A stretch of DNA of 64,000 bases from Rebecca billardiae RCC1528. Taxonomy: Eukaryota; Protista; Haptophyta. Made by a program: the position numbers and the translations under genes. The DNA is taken from the NCBI GenBank assembly GCA_965240325.2, contig OZ251224.1, positions 124,001-188,000 on the forward strand, given 5' to 3'. Below, in pieces: positions 1 to 11,455 of the stretch. Within the stretch, counting starts at the first letter, position 1. Each line of letters opens with the position of its first letter. Below the pieces are notes generated by a model. It had not been told where the DNA came from, did no database searches, and saw only the letters and a program-made list of their open reading frames with translations.

Positions 1-799
1 ACACGGCGGTGCCCGTGCGCGCTGCTCCGAGCGCAGCTGCGGCCACCCCGGCGGCATACCGCCGGTCGAGGGCACGAAAACCGATTTTTCGGGAAAATGC
101 AGAGCAGCGGCGCCCGAGCGCGCCCGAGCTCGTCGCAGCACAGTCTCCTGGTGGCTGCGCCCCGTGAAGCCACGCCACGCGGGGCGCTGGCGTGCGCGTG
201 GCCTGCGCCCACCGTGCGCTGCCCGATCATGGCCGTCGACCGCTCCGAGCGCCTCACCACGCGTGCTCGAGCCCACCGATACTGACGCCCGAGCACGGTG
301 CCGGCAGCGCTCGCAGGTGGGCGTCGGAGAAAACACGCCGGCCGAACGAGCTTGAAGCGTCCGCCGCGATGCCAACGGCAGCGGACGACGTGCGCGCCAC
401 CTCGGCGCCAGTCGCCCAGCCCTTGCGCGGCGGTGCGGGCTCGCTCGTTCGCCGCCATCAGCTGCGCGCGCGCAGCCCGATCACTGCCCGCTGGTTCTGT
501 TGTCGAGCAGCTGCGGCCTGCCACGCGCACTGCCGGACATTGAGCCACAGCGCGAGCACGCGCCTCGTCTGGCACGCGCGAGCACTCAGCATCGTGCGTG
601 GCCACCATGACGCGCCCATCTGCGCCAGCAGCGATGAGCACGCCGCCGTTCAGCTCGCATCGGGCTCGCTCGCGACGCAGCAACGCGCGGCCGTAGCGGC
701 AGCAGCGGCGCCGTCGAGCACGCGCAGCAAACAAATATGCAGCGCGGGCGAGTCGACGGTCTGGAAAATGCGCGATCACGCCACAGCAGGCTGGCAGAG

Positions 800-1480
800 C
801 CCGCCCGAGCTGCAGCATGCCGTAGGTGCTGCCCCAAGCTCTCGACTGCCCGTAAGCGGCGGCATGTGCGGCGGCGCCGGCGGCGGCCATGCTGCCACGC
901 CGTTGCGCGCCGCGGGGCGCCGTCGGCACCTCTGTGGTGAAGCGCACAGAGCTCGAGCCCACGGGGGCTGGCGACCGTCAAACCGACACCCCATGACGCG
1001 GGGCTGCGTGCGCCAGCTGCGCGCACTCCGTGGGCCCACCTAGCCCGCTCGAGCAGCTCGCCTTGGGTGCGCGCAGCGGCTCGAGCACACTGGTATGGGA
1101 CGCCTGCCTGCGGTGCCGCCGAGCACATGCGGCCGACGGTCACTCAGCACGGGCGACTCGACGGCGGCGAGCAGGCGCGACGGCCTCGCCGCGCCGCGGA
1201 AAAGCCTGCCCGGGCTGCAGCACGCCGTAGGAGCAGCCCAGCGCCCTCCTCCGCCCTCCAGCTTCGGCGCGCGCAGCAGGCCCGGCGGCGGCCATGCTGG
1301 CGTGCCCAAGCATGAAGATGGGCGCGGCCGGCCGCGCCGTCGCAAAGCGCGCAGAACTCGAGCTCGGGGGGGCGGACGGCCGCCAAACTGGCGCGGCAGG
1401 ACGTGGCACTGCGTGCGCCAGCTACGCGCACCCGCTGCGCCCGCGTGGCCCGTGCGAGCGCCGCGCCTCGAGCACACGCA
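800..1480. repeat. Imperfect tandem duplication, ~405-bp offset, in a non-genic region
   Basis: TGCAGCATGCCGTAGGTGCTGCCCCA (~811) recurs as TGCAGCACGCCGTAGGAGCAGCCCA (~1216). GGCGGCGGCCATGCTG and CTGCGTGCGCCAGCT(G/A)CGCGCAC also recur at a similar offset. No recognisable protein. Confidence 0.6.
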
Positions 1481-2769
1481 GCTGCTCGACACAGCCACGG
1501 CAGTGTGGCTTGTGCGCGTGCACGTGATCAGTCTCAGCTCTGAGGCGCGCGCTCAGGAGGGCTGCGGCCGGGCCGAGCGCGATCTGCGCGGACGGTACAG
1601 CCTGGCGGCTCATGCCAGCCAGCCCAAAGCCCGCTCCGCCATCCGCGTCATGGCGCTCCAGCCTCTCGCGTGCTGCGCTGCAGCCGCGCTCGGCACTAGA
1701 CGTCGCCCAGCCCGCCTTGCACGCGGCTGAGCAGTGGCAGCCAGGCGAAGCGTCGTCGCGGGCGAGGCTGCGCTGGGTGATGCGGCTCGGGTCGGTGGGC
1801 AAGTCGCACCCCGCCGTCGGTCGCCTCCACGCCTCAGGCTCGCTCGAGGTCAAAGACAACTGCGCGGCGCGGCGTTTGCGCGGGCGGGCCGCGGGCGTGG
1901 CGGGGTGTACGCGTGCAATGTCACAGCCTCCCACACAATTTCAGGAGGGTGAGACGCACCGCCAGCGGCACCCGCACACAATCCCACCCTGCGCGAGCCA
2001 CCTGCCGTGTCGACTGAAGCATCAGGCTCGGGCGCAACCGCGGGCGGTGCATGCAAGAAGCTCGCGAAACGCACCGCGCGCGCCGTGAGGGCGAAAGGAG
2101 AGCACCCGTCAGGGCGGCGAGGAACTTGCCCAGCGCCACGCGGAAGACGACCCCAGCCCGCGTCGACGCATAGTCGGGCCCGCGAGCAGCCTCGTCGGTC
2201 TTCGCCGAGTAGATCGCGCCGCGAGCCGAGGCACCGCTCGTTTGAGGCTCCGTCCGCCGCGAAGTCGCGGCTTCCACCCGAGTTCCACTGTCCGGCCGAG
2301 ACCGGATTCGCTGACTCGAGCTGCGGACCGTCCGAAGCGTCACGGAAAATTCCAATCCTGCACTGTGTACATCATGTTCTCATGGCAGCTGAGAGTGCTG
2401 AGACTGAGTCGTCGTAACGACTCGCGTAACTCGTAAGCGTTGTCGTCATCTCCGCCTCCGGTCATCGATGTCATGCACGGCGGAGATGAGACGAGAGCAG
2501 TGTCGAGCCTCGATGCGGATGGGCGGACAAGTCGGGCGCTCGCGCGGCACGCAGCCAGCGGGCACGCGGCGCCGGCTCACGGCACTGCGCGCAGGGCGCA
2601 CGACGATTACTCGTGCGCCGCTGCCGGGTGGCGCGTGTGCTCGGGTCAGGAGGGGGCGAGGCCGCACCCTCGCGCTGCGGCGCTGCTGCGCGCCAGGCAT
2701 GCGCCGCGGCCGGCGTGGCGCGGCGCCTGCGCCTCGCGCGCGTGCGCGCGCGCGCGCCCGGCCTGCCGC

Positions 2770-3771
2770 TCAGTGCGCCTTGACGCTCTTCTGCTTGGGC
2801 GGCGGCGCGCCGCTCGCCGCCCCGCCCTTCGCCTCGCCCTTCCCCTTGGGTGGTGTGTACGCGCTGTTGTAGAACTTGGTGAAGAGGTAGAGCATGCTCA
2901 GCATCACCCAGATCTCGACCAGGCAGATGTGGAACGGGTACACGCCCGTCACTGCGGCCCAGGTGGCGTGGCCGAGGCAGACGCAGAACTGCACGAGCTG
3001 CGCCTGCGTGAGGTACCGCTTCCACGGGCAGCTCCAGCCGAGCAGCGCCATCGTGTAGTAGGAGTACATGAGCACGTGGATGATCGAGTTGAGCAGCCCG
3101 CCAAAGTACGCGTCTCCGCCGTTGCACAGCTTCACGACGCAGAACCACGCCCAGATGAGCAGCACGTGGTGGTACACGTGCAGGAAGGAGACCTGCTGCG
3201 TCTTCTTGCGCAGCACCATCCACAGCGTGTCGAGCAGCTCGACGTACTTGTTGTTGTAGTGCACCCACGTGACAAAGCCGAGCCGGAAGCTGTTGGGGCC
3301 GAGGTCGACCTTGTTGCCCACTGCGGACATGCCCGCGCGCCTCACCTCGAGCACAAACGCCACCACGCACCACACGTTGATGATCACCTGCGCGGGAGAG
3401 AGGGCGGCGCGCGTGTGCCGCGCGAGAGGCGTGCCACGGCTCAGCGCCGCGCGCCCGCGACGCCGCGCGCACGGCGCGCGCGCGCCCCGCGCACGAGCCG
3501 GGCGCGCGAGCGCGCGCGTGGCGCGCGGTGAGACCCGGCCGCGCACCTGGTAGAGGTTGTAGGTGAACATGTAGTCCTTCAGGCCCTGCATCGGCTTGCG
3601 GCCCTCGAAGTATTTGGTCAGCCCCCACACGCCCGTCAGGTAGACGGCCGTCATCACGCACGGCAGCGAGAGCCATGCGGTCGAGTACGCGCCCTTCTCG
3701 TTGTTGATGTTCTCGTGGAAGCTGTTCCGGTTCTGCGAGAGGACGAGAAGGTAGCCCGCCGCCAGCATCAT
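2770..3771 (-). CDS. ELO: ELO/GNS1 fatty-acid elongase, likely delta-5 (C20 PUFA) elongase; exons 3771-3547 and 3387-2770
   Basis: Motifs KYVELLDT, FLHVYHH (His box), HVLMYSYY and LTQAQLVQF. A 159-nt GT-AG intron (3388-3546) removes an Arg-rich insert. The N-terminus MMLAAGYLLVLS resembles Pavlova C20 elongase as recalled. Confidence 0.95.
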   Translation of the reverse strand: MMLAAGYLLVLSQNRNSFHENINNEKGAYSTAWLSLPCVMTAVYLTGVWGLTKYFEGRKPMQGLKDYMFTYNLYQVRGRVSPRATRALARPARARGARAPCARRRGRAALSRGTPLARHTRAALSPAQVIINVWCVVAFVLEVRRAGMSAVGNKVDLGPNSFRLGFVTWVHYNNKYVELLDTLWMVLRKKTQQVSFLHVYHHVLLIWAWFCVVKLCNGGDAYFGGLLNSIIHVLMYSYYTMALLGWSCPWKRYLTQAQLVQFCVCLGHATWAAVTGVYPFHICLVEIWVMLSMLYLFTKFYNSAYTPPKGKGEAKGGAASGAPPPKQKSVKAH

Positions 3772-4511
3772 CGGCAGCCTGCCGAGCAACCGCACCAACA
3801 GGCAGGCGCGCGCGCAGCGCACGCGTCAGCCGCCGGTCCCGACTCGAGCGCGCGTGCGCGCGCGCATGCCGTGCCTCCCCGCGCCGAGCTCGGGCGGTGG
3901 CCGGTCGAGCGCACAGTGGCGGGGGCCCGTGGCGGCGCAGCGCACCAGAGCCCCGCCGTCAGGCGCTCCGCCTCTTGCTGCACCTTGCCCGCTGCGGCCT
4001 TCATTGTCAGCTGTGTGCAGCAGGGAAGCCCTCGCCGATCTGAGGGGAATCCGACGCCGTGGCCCGCGCCTGCTTTTCGACAAGGACCGTCGGCCGCCCT
4101 CGCTGTCGGCCGATTACTTAGGGGAAATCGAGGCCGTACGGCCCTCTGATTGGCTGGCGGGCTTGACCGCCATCGTGGGAGCTTCTGATCCTTGCAGGCG
4201 CGGGCAACGACCTGCCGAGGTTCCAGCGGAAGGGCCCAGGTGCGGCCGCATCCGCGTGGTCGTTTGTCGTCAGTTGAGCTCCGGAATTTTCAGCAATTTC
4301 CGCGAGGCTTTGGTCAAGGAACTCGGTCTGAAGGGACGATGGCGGATCGGCTCTCTGGGCACAGCCGAATCAGACCTTGATGAGCAGTCCGATCACCACC
4401 CAGGAAGGGCCAGTCCCGATCGGCGGCATGATCGCGATGCGCGCGGGCCGATGCAGCCGACATGATCCCGGAGCCTGACAGCGCTGCACACTTCCGGCGG
4501 CCCGCCGGCGA

Positions 4512-5148
4512 TCAGCCGCCGCCGCCGCCGCCACGCCAACGCTGGAACCACCGGCGGCGCTGCCCGCCTTCCACTTGCTGCGCTGGCGGCTCGTCCGCCT
4601 TCGCTTTGCGCTCCGCAGCGGGCGCGCTCTTGCTCTCGGCCTCTTCCGCCTCCGAGCTGGGGGCGCTCGGAGGCGGCCATGGAGCGGCCTCAGCCTCGTC
4701 CGCGCCGTCCACGCCCTCGGCTGCCGAGCTCGCTCCCTCGGCAGCGCCGGCTGGAGACTCCGGGCTCGCCGGCTGGGCGGGAGGGCTGGCTGGTGGTGCT
4801 GCAGGTGGCGGCTGCTGCGCACGCGGGCGGGGTGGCGGCGCGGCCGGCGGGGGAGGCCGTGCGCGCGGGCGGGAGGGCTGCACTGGCGGTGCAGGGCGCT
4901 GTGCCCGGCGGAGCAGAGGTAGCGGCGGGGGCGGGGCAGCTGGCGGCTCCGGCTGTCGCGGGCCCGCCTGCTTGTCCCGGCGCGTGCGTAGAATGACTTG
5001 CTTGTACGCGCTGAGCGAGCGAGGCGTGTCCTCCGCCTGCCTGCTCGCAGCCGCCCGTGAGCGCTGCGCTGCGTTTGCACTCGCCGCCTGCGCGGCGCGC
5101 CCGGCCCCGGGCGCTGCCGATCCCGAGGTGGCGGCTGGTTGCGCGGCT

Positions 5149-5179
<31 letters not shown>

Positions 5180-8174
5180 GAGCGAACGCAACCGGCGGAG
5201 GGATGGCCGACTGCTCGAAAGCGGCGGTGGGCGCCTGCTGGACGCCCTCGTCGCCCTCTCCACCCTGCTGGGCAGCTGCCTGCTCCATCTCAGGCCCTGG
5301 CTCGGCATCGGCATTGGCGGCCTCCGCCTCATCCGCCGCCTCCGTCTCCGCCGCTGCTTCCGCCTCGGCCGCTGCCTTGGCTGCCTCAGCTTCGACCTCG
5401 GCCTTGGCTGCCGCCTCCGCCTCGGCGCGGGCCGCCTCCTCCGCTTCTGCCTCCGCCTTGGCTGCCGCCTCCGCCTCTGCAGCTGCCTTGGCAGCCTCTG
5501 CCTCCGCCTCCGCCTTGGCTGCCGCCTCCTCCGCCTCCGCCTTGGCTGCCGCCTCCTCTGCCTCCGCCTTGGCTGCCGCCTCTTCCGCCTCCGCCTTGGC
5601 AGCTGCCTCTTCCGCCTTCGCCTTGGCCGCCGCCTCCTCTGCCTCCGCCTTGGCTGCCGCCTCCGCCTTGGCTGCTGCCTCTTCCGCCTCCGCCTTGGCC
5701 GCCGCCTCCTCTGCCTCCGCCTTGGCTGCCGCCTCCGCCGCCTCCGCCTCGGCTGCCGCCTCCTCCGCCTCGGCATTGGCTGCAGCCTCCGCCTCCGCCT
5801 TGGCAGCCTCCGCCTCCGCCTTGGCTGCCGCCTCTTCCGCCTCCGCCTTGGCAGCTGCCTCTTCCGCCTTCGCCTTGGCCGCCGCCTCCTCTGCCTCCGC
5901 CTTGGCTGCCGCCTCCGCCTTGGCTGCTGCCTCTTCCGCCTCCGCCTTGGCCGCCGCCTCCTCTGCCTCCGCCTTGGCTGCCGCCTCCGCCGCCTCCGCC
6001 TCGGCTGCCGCCTCCTCCGCCTCGGCATTGGCTGCAGCCTCCGCCTCCGCCTTGGCAGCCTCCGCCTCCGCCTTGGCTGCCGCCTCTTCCGCCTCCGCCT
6101 TGGCAGCTGCCTCTTCCGCCTTCGCCTTGGCCGCCGCCTCCTCTGCCTCCGCCTTGGCCGCCGCCTCCTCCGCCTCGGCATTGGCTGCCGCCTCGGCCTC
6201 CGCCTCCGCCTTGGCTGCCGCCTCCGCCTTGGCTGCCGCCTCTTCCGCCTCCGCCTTGGCCGCCGCCTCCTCCGCCTCGGCATTGGCTGCCGCCTCGGCC
6301 TCCGCCTCCGCCTTGGCTGCCGCCTCCGCAGCCTCTGCAAGGGCTGCCTCCTCAGCCTCCTCCGCCTCCGCCTCTGCCTTCGCTGCAGCCTCCGCCTCGG
6401 CACGGGCCGCCTCCTCCTCCTCCTCCTTAGCTGCCGCCTCCTCCGCCTCCGCCTCCGCCTCCGCCTTGGCAGCAGCCTTGGCCGCCTCTGCCTCCGCCTC
6501 CGCCTTGGCTGCCACCTCGACACGGGCCGCCTCCTCCGCCTCCGCCTTGGCTGCAGCCTCCTCCGCCTCCGCCTTGGCTGCCGCCTCCTCCGTCTCGGCC
6601 TTGGCTGCCGCCTCCGCCTCGGCACGGGCCGCCTCCTCCGCCTCAGCCTTGGCTGCAGCCTCTGCCTCGGCACGGGCCGCCTCCTCTGCCTCTGCCTCTG
6701 CAGCAGCCTTGGCCGCCTCTGCCTCTGCCTCTGCCTTGGCGCTGGCTGCAGCCACCTCAGCAGCCTTGGCCTCCGCCTCTGCCTTGGCCTCCTCTTCAGC
6801 CGCAGCCTTGGCGGCTGCCTCCGCCTCGGCCTGCGCTGCTGCAGCTGCCTCTGCCTCCACCTTGGCTGCCTCTTCCGCCTCTCCCTCTGCTGCTTCCTCC
6901 TCTGGGCCAGCTCCAGCAGAGGTCTGTCTCGCGTCGTCTGATGCGCTCGGCTCCTCGTCTGCTGTCGCGTGGGCAGCTGCATTGGCCTCGGACTGGGTCT
7001 CTGGCCCTGCGTTGGGCTCCGCCATTCCCACTGTCACATTCGCGTCAGTGTCCTCTGCAGCAGCAGCCAGAGTTGGGGTGTACACGATGCCGACTGTGCG
7101 CATGGCCTTGTCCTCGCGCTCCGCATCCGGCACGTCGTCTTGGTCGCCTCGCCGCTTCTCGAGGATCTCGCCCACGGCGCCCATGGCGCTGCCCGCCGCG
7201 CGCGATGCGCCCTGCGCAGCCCCCCTCGCCACCTTGCCCAGCGCAGCGGCAGCGTCTCCGGCACCGCCGGGCGGCGTGGGCAGCTTGACGCTGCCTAGGC
7301 CGAACGGCAGCGGCCACGGCTCGCCTTCCGGACCCGCCGAGCCCTGAGAGGTGGCCGACGGCGGCGGCGTCGTTGGCGCATCATTGCGGCCGCCCTCTGC
7401 GCCGCCGTCCCCGTCGATGAAGACTGCCTTCACCACTGCACCCACGCCTGCAATGCCGACCAGTTCGATCACGTTGGGCATGGACGGCAGCAGTGAGAGT
7501 GGGAAGCCGCCTTTGGCTGACGGGGAGACCGCCGGCGGTGATGGCGATGGCAGCTTGGGCCCGAGCGCGGAGAAGGGCAGCCCCCGTGGCACGCGCGGCG
7601 CTGAGGGCAGGGATATCTGCGGCAGCTGTGGCAGCTGTGGCAGCGCCGCCGACTTGCCGCTGCTGGGCGAGTCCAGCGGCTCGGGCTCGGGCTCGGGCTC
7701 GGGGGCGGGGCTTGTCGGCGGAGCACTCGGCTCTGTCGGCGTCTCCGCCTCATCCTGCCCCCCTGTCTCCTTCACGCCGCACGCCTCGGGCAGCTGCACG
7801 TCGTCATCGCCCGCCAGCTGCAGGAAGGACTGCAGCTCGGCGCACTGCGCCTCCACGTCCTCGGAGGACCCCGCGGCAGCGGCGTCGGCGATGGAGGCGG
7901 CCCGTTTGCGAAGCTGCCGCCCGATGACCGTGTCATCTTCGTACGCCTTGCGCGAGCTGGCCACCGGCGAGGGCACGTCTGCTGCATGCGCGAGCCCACG
8001 GCCGGGCGGCGCACGCGCAGCGTGGTACGCGGGGAGTGCGGCAGCGGCACCGCCGACAAAAGAGCGGCGAAGCAGCGCTCCGGGCTGGTGCCGAGGCACC
8101 TTGCCCTGGGCCACCACCCGCTCCGCGCATAGCAGGGCCAACAGGGCTGTCAGCGTGAGTGCTGAGCCACGCAT
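4512..8174 (-). CDS. Secreted or organelle-targeted protein with a ~500-aa Ala/Glu/Lys (AEAEEAAAK) helical repeat
   Basis: Signal-peptide-like start MRGSALTLTALLALLCAERVVAQ (ATG 8174), hydrophobic segment VIELVGIAGVGAVVKAVFI, long open frame with synonymous variation among repeats. A possible 5' intron is unresolved. Confidence 0.7.
5380..6890 (-). repeat. Coding minisatellite (27-nt EAEEAAAKA units) with an internal 252-nt block duplication
   Basis: Sequence at 5629 recurs at 5881 (offset 252 nt = 84 aa). Confidence 0.9.
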
Positions 8175-8385
8175 GGCTTCACGACGGCGGACGGCCGTCG
8201 AGAGCTGCTCGAGCGAGCTGTTCAGCACCCAAGCTTGTGGCGATCGAGCCGTTTCACGATTCTCGCGCAGCAGCCTGGTGGAAGGAAGCCAGCGCTCCCG
8301 CTCCCGACTGCTCTCCAGCCGCAGCCCGCAGAGCAGCGCCAGCCGAGCGCGGCGCCAGGGCGAGGCCGTCGGGCGTCGAGGACTC

Positions 8386-10865
8386 ATGGCCGCAGCGAGC
8401 GGCAGCGCGCAGGCCGACGGCGCGCCGGGCGGCTCGGCGCCGAGCGAGGTGCTGCGCATGTGGACGGAGTGTCCGCGCCAGGGCAAGCTCCTCCGCGGCT
8501 TCGTCGCGCACAAGCTGCCCCTCGACGAGCTCAGCTCCGACGCGCTCGGCGTGGACGAGGCGGACCGGTTCACGCCCACCATGCTGATCGAGCGGCAGCT
8601 GCACGCGAAGCAGCCGATCGGGCTGGCGATCTCGCTGCTGATCGAGCTGCCGCGCGTGCCCGCCGGCCCGCCGCCCGCGCCGCGCGAGGCCGAGTGGGAC
8701 GACTGGGACGTCGCGTACGCGTGCGTGCCGTGCGCGGCGCCGCTGCCGCTCGGCGCGCGCGGCGCGGGCGCGCTCGCCTACTCGGAGCAGCTGCCGCCGC
8801 CGCAGCTGGTCGCGCAGTTCGTCGAGCGGTGCGTCGCGTTCTGGCGCGTCGAGAAGCCCGACGCCGCCGACGCCGCCGAGCCCGCCGGCAGCACCAACCA
8901 CCTGCGCGCCATCGGCGTGCACTGCAACACGGGCTTCAACCTGAGCGGCTACCTCATCTGCCACTTCCTCGTGATGACGCTGCACGTGCCCGCCGCGGCG
9001 GCGCTCGGCGCGTTCGCGGCGAGCCGGCCGCCGGGTATCTACGACCGCTCCTTCATCGAGGCGCTCTTCCGCTTCCACCGCCAGGTGCGGCGGCGCGCGC
9101 GCGCGGAGGGCCCACGCAGGGGCGCGCGGCGCGCGGCGGGCGCGCGCGTGCTGCGCGTGACCCGCCGCGCGCGCGCGCGCGTGAGCCGCGCCCTGCGCCG
9201 CGCCCGCAGGCCGTGCCCAGCCCGGACTCGGCGCGCCCGTCGGACTGGGCGCCGCCGCAGACCTGGCCGGCGTGGCACAGCCGGCTGCGCGAGCAGCAGA
9301 GCGCGGCGACGCTCACGGCCGCCGCGGCCGCGGTCGCGGCGGGCGGCGCCGCGGGCAAACGGCCGGCGGCGGCGGTGGCGGTGGCGAGCGGCGGCGGCGG
9401 CGGCGGCGGCGCGAGCGGCGGCGGTGCGCAGGCGCCGAGCGCGAGCGCCGCGGCCGGTGCTGCCGACGGCGCGGGGAGTGGCGCGGCCGCGCGCAAGCGG
9501 CCGGCGCCGCCGCCCGTGCCCGCCTTTGCGCAGCCCGCGCCGCCCGCCGCCGCAGCGAGCGGCGGCGGCGGCGCAGGCGCAGGCGCAGGCGCCAAGCGGC
9601 CTCGCGACGGCGGCGGCGACTCTGCGGTGGCGGCCGCCGCGCCGCTGCCCACGCTCGGCGGGCTGGGCGCGCACGCCGCCGCGCGGCCCCGCCCCGCCGG
9701 CAGCGGCGCCCCCCTCCGCCCCTTTGGCACGGCCGTGCACGGCGGCACGCGCGCGCGCGCCCGGCGCATCTGCTGCCAGCTGCTCGGGCTGCGGCCGCCG
9801 GCGGAGGGAGCGGCGGGCGCGGAGGGCGGCGCGGCGCCGGGCGCGGCCGACAGCGCGCTCGTGCCGCTGCTCGACGCGCGCGCGCCCGAGCTCAGCGCGC
9901 GTGCGCTGCACGGCGCTCTGCGCGAGGGCGGCGACGCCCGCTGGCTTGTGAGCTGGGAGCCGCACAGCGCGGCCTGCCGCGCCGCGCCGCAGGCCGCCGG
10001 CTGCGCCGCCGCGCCCGCGGCCGCCGCGCCGGCCGCGGCCGCGGCCCCTGGCGCGGCCGCGGGCGCGCCAAGCGGGCTGCCGCCCGCGCTGCCGTGCGCG
10101 CTGCTCTGGCTCGAGGGCCGAGCCTTCGCGCTGCTCAGCGCGCCCGTGCGCCCCGCGGCCGCGGCCGCGCCGCCGGGCGCGGACGGCGCGGCCGCACCGC
10201 CTCCGCGCGCGGACACCTTTGTGCTGCCCGGGCTGCAGCTGCCCGGCACGCCCGACCGCTCGCTGCTCGGGGGCACGCTGGTGCAGCCGCGCGCGCCCGG
10301 CGCGTCCGCCTCGCCCCGGCACGCGCCGCCCGCGCGCTGGCGGCTGTACTTGCGCGAGCTGCTCGCCCTCGGCGGCAAGGGCTGCGCACACGAGCCGCTC
10401 GAGCGCAGGCTGGCGCTGCTCGCCAAGCACGCGCTCGCGCCGCGCGCCTCGCTCGCGCGCGAGCAGACGCTGGGCGAGCCCGTCGCGCTGTACGCACACG
10501 ACCATTTCAGGCTGCGCCGCGCGACGGTGCGCGCGACGCGCGCGCGCGCCGCGCCGCACCGCGCCGTGTCCTCCAACCGACCCGCCGCCCCTCGCCCCCC
10601 CCGACCCGACCCGCGCTGCGCCGCGCCGCACTGCTGCCAGTTTGCGCTCGACGAGGTGGCGCCCGCACTGCGCGCGCTGCACGGGGTGGGCGGGCTGCGC
10701 TTCGTGCGCAAGGACGCGCCGCACCCGTGCGCGCGAGCGGCCGGCGCGGAGGCGGAGGGCGAGGCGGAGGCGGCGTGGCACGTGTGGAGCGAGGGCGCGG
10801 AGGGCGCGCTGCCCGAGGCGGAGCTGCGCGCGTGCGAGTGGCTGCGCCTGCCGCCCCCGGCGTAG
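8386..10865 (+). CDS. RNGTT-like bifunctional mRNA capping enzyme homolog (Cys-phosphatase + guanylyltransferase folds) with degenerate catalytic motifs; exons 8386-9084, 9210-10526, 10641-10865
   Basis: N-terminal WTECPRQGK..FVAHKLPL, IGVHCNTGFNLSGYLICHFL and FAASRPPGIY. C-terminal WLVSWE, LLGGTLV, LYLRELLALGG, EPVALY and HGVGGLRF follow the GTase motif order. GT-AG introns of 125 and 114 nt join the frames. Confidence 0.8.
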
Positions 10866-11128
10866 CCCACTCCACTGCCCACGGTGGGGCCGGGCGGTGG
10901 GCGCGCGCGATCGTCACCGCCTCGCCGCGGTCCGGCGAGTAGCGGCGCGCGGACCGTGCACGGGCGAGCGCCGATGCTGCCTGCTCGCCCGCCCGCCCGC
11001 CTCCGCCGGAGGCGGAGACGCGGAGTGAGCGGACTGGCAGGCGGAGTGGCAGCGCAGTAGCCGAGTCCATCACGTCGCTCACAGTCACACTCACATCAGC
11101 TCATCAGCAGCGCAGATCTTCATTATTC

Positions 11129-11132
<4 letters not shown>

Positions 11133-11177
<45 letters not shown>
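11133..11177. repeat. (AG)n microsatellite, ~22 units
   Basis: Direct reading; lies between convergent genes. Confidence 0.97.
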
Positions 11178-11178
<1 letters not shown>

Positions 11179-11455
11179 GACATATATTATGGCGGCGCGA
11201 TCAGTCGTCCGGAGTACAATGGTGAGTAGTCAGACCGCGGAGACGATGACGTCCAAATTCAAAAAGCAGTATAGCAGTCGTCCGATTGATGCCGCGAGAT
11301 AGTAGTGACGAGATTGACGGCGCGGGGTCCGCCGGCGAGCGGCGGCGCGGCGTTGATGATGAGCACGCCTACGCGCGAGGGTCTGGCCGGCCGTGGGCGT
11401 GGGCACGGCGCAGGCGGGCCCCACTGTGGCCGGCGCCGAGCGGCGCCCCTCTCGC

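Noticed and set aside
4370-7347. Very long alternative-frame ORFs (poly-Arg, Ala/Ser, Pro/Trp)
   Set aside because: Shadow frames of the stop-poor EAAAK repeat.
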